DNA of 64,000 nucleotides from Lama glama (Eukaryota), in contig CM052817.1 in the NCBI GenBank assembly GCA_028534125.1, forward strand, positions 41,108,001-41,172,000, read 5' to 3'. Shown piece by piece: positions 59,881-64,000 of the stretch. The translations under genes and the position numbers were made by a program. Each line of letters begins with the position of its first letter. The stretch's first letter is position 1. The notes beneath the pieces were generated by a model, which made no database searches, was not told where the DNA came from, and saw nothing but the letters and a program-made list of their open reading frames with translations.

Positions 59881-62800
59881 GTAATTGATGGGAGGGAGAC
59901 AGCCTCCTTGGCAAATAACCAAGGGACCGCTGGCCTTGGCTCTGAGAAAAATGGGAGTGAAAATCACTAGACAGAAATTCAGTGGGAAGTGGGAAACTGA
60001 GTGGGATGTGACCCTTAACAAGATGGGATCTAGACTATTTTGATTTAGATGAGCCTCTTTTTTCAAAGATACGAATTCTGAGTAGATAGTTTCCAGGCAC
60101 AAATGGTAGGTCCCCTCAACTTTCTGTGTTCCACCTAGAAGGCTGAAAGTGGAGGGAAGGAGATGTTGAGCTGTGCAGTGTGGGCAAAAAGCAGAGACTG
60201 AGAAACTTCTGGGATCCCTTATCCTATGAGGAGAAAGGGAGGGGAATCCTTTATTCCCTGGCCTTGCAGCTGAAGCCCTGTCACTTCTGACCCAGACAGT
60301 CCCTGACAAACAGCGCTCCACCCACCAGACTTGGGCTGCGGCCAAGGGCTGTGGAAGGCCGGGAGTAAGCAGAACAACCTCTACACTAGCATATTAGGGA
60401 AATGGAAACTTTGAGAGAAAAGGAGAAAGAGGGGATTAACATTAACAAAAGTGAAATTTTCCCAGTGGGAAAACCTGAGCACCTAAATTGGGGAACAAAG
60501 GTAGCAAGAGGAGCACTTGATCAAACAAACAAGGCTCCATCAAACACTTTACACCCTTGACGTAAGGATGTGCTTATTATTCCTTTTCAGAAGTACTATT
60601 ATTCTGTGCTAAGAAAGAATTTGGGGGTTCTGTGCCGGCACTTTGTCTTTGTTATTATCTCCTGGATCCTAGATCCCCCATTTTTTTTTTTTATCTTTTA
60701 AGGCTGAGCTCTTGTAACCAGATTAAGTCTAATCACAGTCTGTTCTTTGCAAGCAACTAGTTGTGCCAAGGTGCTAAAGAACTAGCCACACGAGAATAAT
60801 TTACTGATTGGCTGGTGTAAGACATTTATTAGCCTACAGTGGGTACTGGGATGAACATGCACAGAAAGCAAGGATGAGCACGTTCCTGTCTTTACCTTTT
60901 GTCTACATGGTATTCGTCTATAGGGGAACTATTAATATAGTAGTCCTAATACTCGGTTAACACTAACCAAGAAGGAAGCCTTCTCAAGTTATGAGAAAAG
61001 TGAGCAAAAGATTAAAAGATTGCAATAAAAATAAATTATCCTGAAATATCTGGGAATGAGGCATTCAACATAGTTGACAGTTTGTCCCCTGAAGCACAGG
61101 AATATTGTCATTGTTTTATGTGGAAATCATATTAAACAACACAATTCATTCTTCTTTTCAACAGTGTATTCTGATTATATTTTTGCCTTTCCTTTATTAT
61201 TCAGTGTTAATTATTCTTAAAATTAACTTATTTTCTTCTACAGCTATATTATGATGATCTCTCAGAAGGATTAAACTTGTTTACGCCTCTGCTCAATCTC
61301 CAGGTTAACTGGATATTTAAAGTTTTTCTCTTGAATTTACTCTTTATGGCTTTCTGTGGCTTTTCTTGTTGCTGGGTGTCCACAGCTGCTCCACCCTCTC
61401 CCCCTTCAAACTTGTTGTCTCTAATCCACCGAGGGCTTGAAAGTCAAATAGCTATGTGTACAGAAGGTAGGGATAAGATATCAGGAAATAGCTCTGAATC
61501 AGCACAGGAGCAGAACGCCTGAACTTCAGTGTGTCGGATTTGTTGGTCTGTTGGTTTAGGGTGTGACCTTTGTGACACCGTGGTTGTTTTTGTTTTATTT
61601 TATATTCTCATCTATGATCTCGTTAACAGAGACGGCCAGGTGAATTCAGGAAAGTTGGCGTACTTTGAACATACGTGGAGGGACTCTAAGTCAATTGTTG
61701 AAGCTTTATCGAACACAAACTTGACAGAGAAAATAAGATTTGTGAAAAGAAGGGCAGATTCCAATTCCTCCCACCCTCAAATGAAACATGTTTATTACTC
61801 TCAAAACTCAAATTCATGGTTATTTTACGCAAATTCAAAAATTAAAATAAATGAAAAACAAGAATCTCAAAAATATAATTAAAGAAATCTGCTATTAATA
61901 TCTTTCTGGAAGCACTGTTTAAATAACTGCTGCTTTTCTTTTACATAAGAGTAATTAGACAGAGGAGTTACTTAATGCCAGTCATTTTGTATATAAACTT
62001 TGTAGCCCATCTACTTAATATATCATAAATATTTTTTGCCTTCCTACATAATCTCCGCTAAGAGTTCAATTACTGCATAATATATTGAATAGATGTACTT
62101 TCATGTGCATATTTACTACATCCTGGTGTCCTTTATGTTCTTCCACTTACTTTACGAATTTGTCTATTTTGATATTTTGAACATAATTGTTCTTTATCAG
62201 ATTGTTGTAGTTCCTTAATATTTTATTTTCAGTTAGTTTTAATCATACAACTACATACTACATAATAGTAAGTTCATTTTTCTAGCAAAACATATTTTAC
62301 AAACATGAACTAAAAAACAGAATTCATTTGGATGGAAATTTTGTTGACAGCAAACTGTGAAAACACACTAATCAAAGACATCTGAGGTTGTTTTGCTCAC
62401 TCAGATGTCAAAAAGTTCTTTCTCTCTTGCTCATCTTGCTTATTTTAAACTGTCTTCTCTTTCTCACTCAAAAGAATGATTTTTAAAAGGCCACCCTTTT
62501 TCTGAATCTCTCATATTCTCCAGCTTACAGATAAAATCTTTGCCTCCTTTTGAAGTAGCAGCTGGTTAGTATTTAAACCAGGTATATTGTTTTTATATTC
62601 ATTGGTAGTAGAAGATAGTATTACTTTACAGCGTCCAAGTGAACCAAGAATATTGCTATTATAGAATTTATATGATGCAGAGAAATCTGCTCATTACTGA
62701 TCTTCCTCACAGATATCTTGAGAAAGAAAACACAGCTTTGAGTTCTCTGCTTCTGAAGTACATGAAAAATAGCAAGGAATTTAAAATCAGAATATATGAC

Positions 62801-63029
62801 CAATCACATTTATTAGAACTGTATTAGTTTCAGCTGTCTAACGTGAATTTCTGTAAGAGGAGAAACTTCCATTTGGAAACTCAATAATGGATTTAAAATG
62901 CTTAAGTCAGATATTACACCTCTCGCAAAGATTATCCCGAGATGTCTTTGAGAAAGAATCTAAACACAATAAGTCTAAGCAACATAATTAATCTGCTGAG
63001 GGAGATTTGAGGCATCTCAGATCTGCTAG

Positions 63030-63105
63030 GGACAGGCTTTCTGACTTTGGGCTCGTCACGTTTGCCCAGGCCTCTGTCTTCTCATTTGTCAAGTGAAATG
63101 GTTGC
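63030..63105 (+). mobile_element. MIR core fragment
   Basis: 'tgactttgggctcgtcac...ggcctctgtcttctcatttgtcaagtg'. Confidence 0.55.
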
Positions 63106-64000
63106 ATGACAAGATCCCAGAGGATCACAGGATGCGTCCCCTGGATGGAGTCTCAGAGACAGTCAGCATTAGAAGGCTGATCCATCTGCAGAGCTGAGCT
63201 AAGGATCTCCTTCAGTTCGGACTCTGACTCAACTACCCATGGAAGTTGTAGGGGGAAAAACCAATACTTTCCCACTTTCATTATTTCAGTCGCTGGTTTC
63301 ATTTCCTCCTTTGTAGGAACCCCCTGCTGTGACGTACAGGAAGGATGCTTGAAGTGGAAGTGAAAGCAGAAACTCCAGGCAATATAGGAAACACCACGTG
63401 AACCTATATGCCTGTAAGGGGGCTGGCTATGTATTGTTCTGAGTAATTTGCAAGGAACGGTGTTTAACAATATCCACTTCCTCAACTGGTACCTTCCTTT
63501 AGTGAATGTACTGCCTAAAAGATATTAAACTTAAGAGTCAAAATTTCAAAGTAAAACCTCCCTAGGAATTTTCTTATAAGAGAAATAAATGTTGTCACCA
63601 ACTGTCAGAGGTTCACAGGAATTCCAGGTCAACTGGAATTTCTTTGTTATAAGTGCCTATAAATGTATCATTAAATAAAATGGGGAGCATTCAGTAGAAA
63701 AGCTCTTGAACAAGGCTGGTAATAGAGATGTCTTGTAAAGAGCATAGATTCATCGGAGATTTGTGTATGAGTGGCTACTTCAAGCCCTTCCACAGTACCG
63801 TTTTATTTTGCCAAGTATGTGATTGGTATGGGTATGGACAGGCTGCTAGGGAGGGAGGGCCAAAGACATTCCCCAAATTCAGCGTCTCTGGTTGCTCACG
63901 CTCCAAGCTATTTTCAATAGCCATGGCCACTGCTAAGGCTGGGTCTAGAATAGCAATTTTTACATCTTTTTTGACCACAGCCCAGAATAGAAACACATTT

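Noticed and set aside
59785..60345. 186-aa minus-strand ORF
   Set aside because: Non-ATG start, overlap with the complement of a purine-rich tract, and no recognisable homology.
62377..62409. 10-bp inverted repeat GACATCTGAG...CTCAGATGTC
   Set aside because: About one such stem is expected by chance in 64 kb, and it is too short for a pre-miRNA.
63775..63996. 73-aa minus-strand ORF at the window edge
   Set aside because: No recognisable homology or convincing splice sites; the length is within the chance range.
1..64000. CRISPR array, operon, defence system or other novel multi-gene system
   Set aside because: The sequence is repeat-rich mammalian DNA with no regularly spaced direct repeats, no long ORFs and no gene-dense region.

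Overview
Mammalian genomic DNA, most likely camelid (camel/alpaca/llama). The basis is two tRNA-Ala(AGC)-derived Vic-1-type SINEs plus cetartiodactyl-type L1 3' ends, with no Alu, Bov-A/BovB or PRE-1 SINEs noticed. I found no recognisable protein-coding exon, functional RNA gene, CRISPR array or prokaryote-type system. All supplied ORFs are short and are either repeat-derived or chance-length. The window is a non-coding mosaic of old repeats (L2, L3/CR1, MIR, L1M, MaLR/ERVL/ERV1 solo LTRs, hAT elements including a ~1.45 kb Charlie1a-like fossil) and younger L1/SINE insertions, several with readable target-site duplications (TSDs). About 10 of 11 LTRs lie on the minus strand, which suggests the window is inside a large plus-strand transcription unit. 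The repeat-free stretches contain candidate regulatory elements (an RFX X-box, a CCAAT/TATA cluster, homeobox-rich segments), a few inverted repeats and several splice-site-bounded candidate exons. I could not support a novel biological system. Repeat subfamily names are from recall of consensus sequences. Boundaries without a TSD are approximate (tens of bases).
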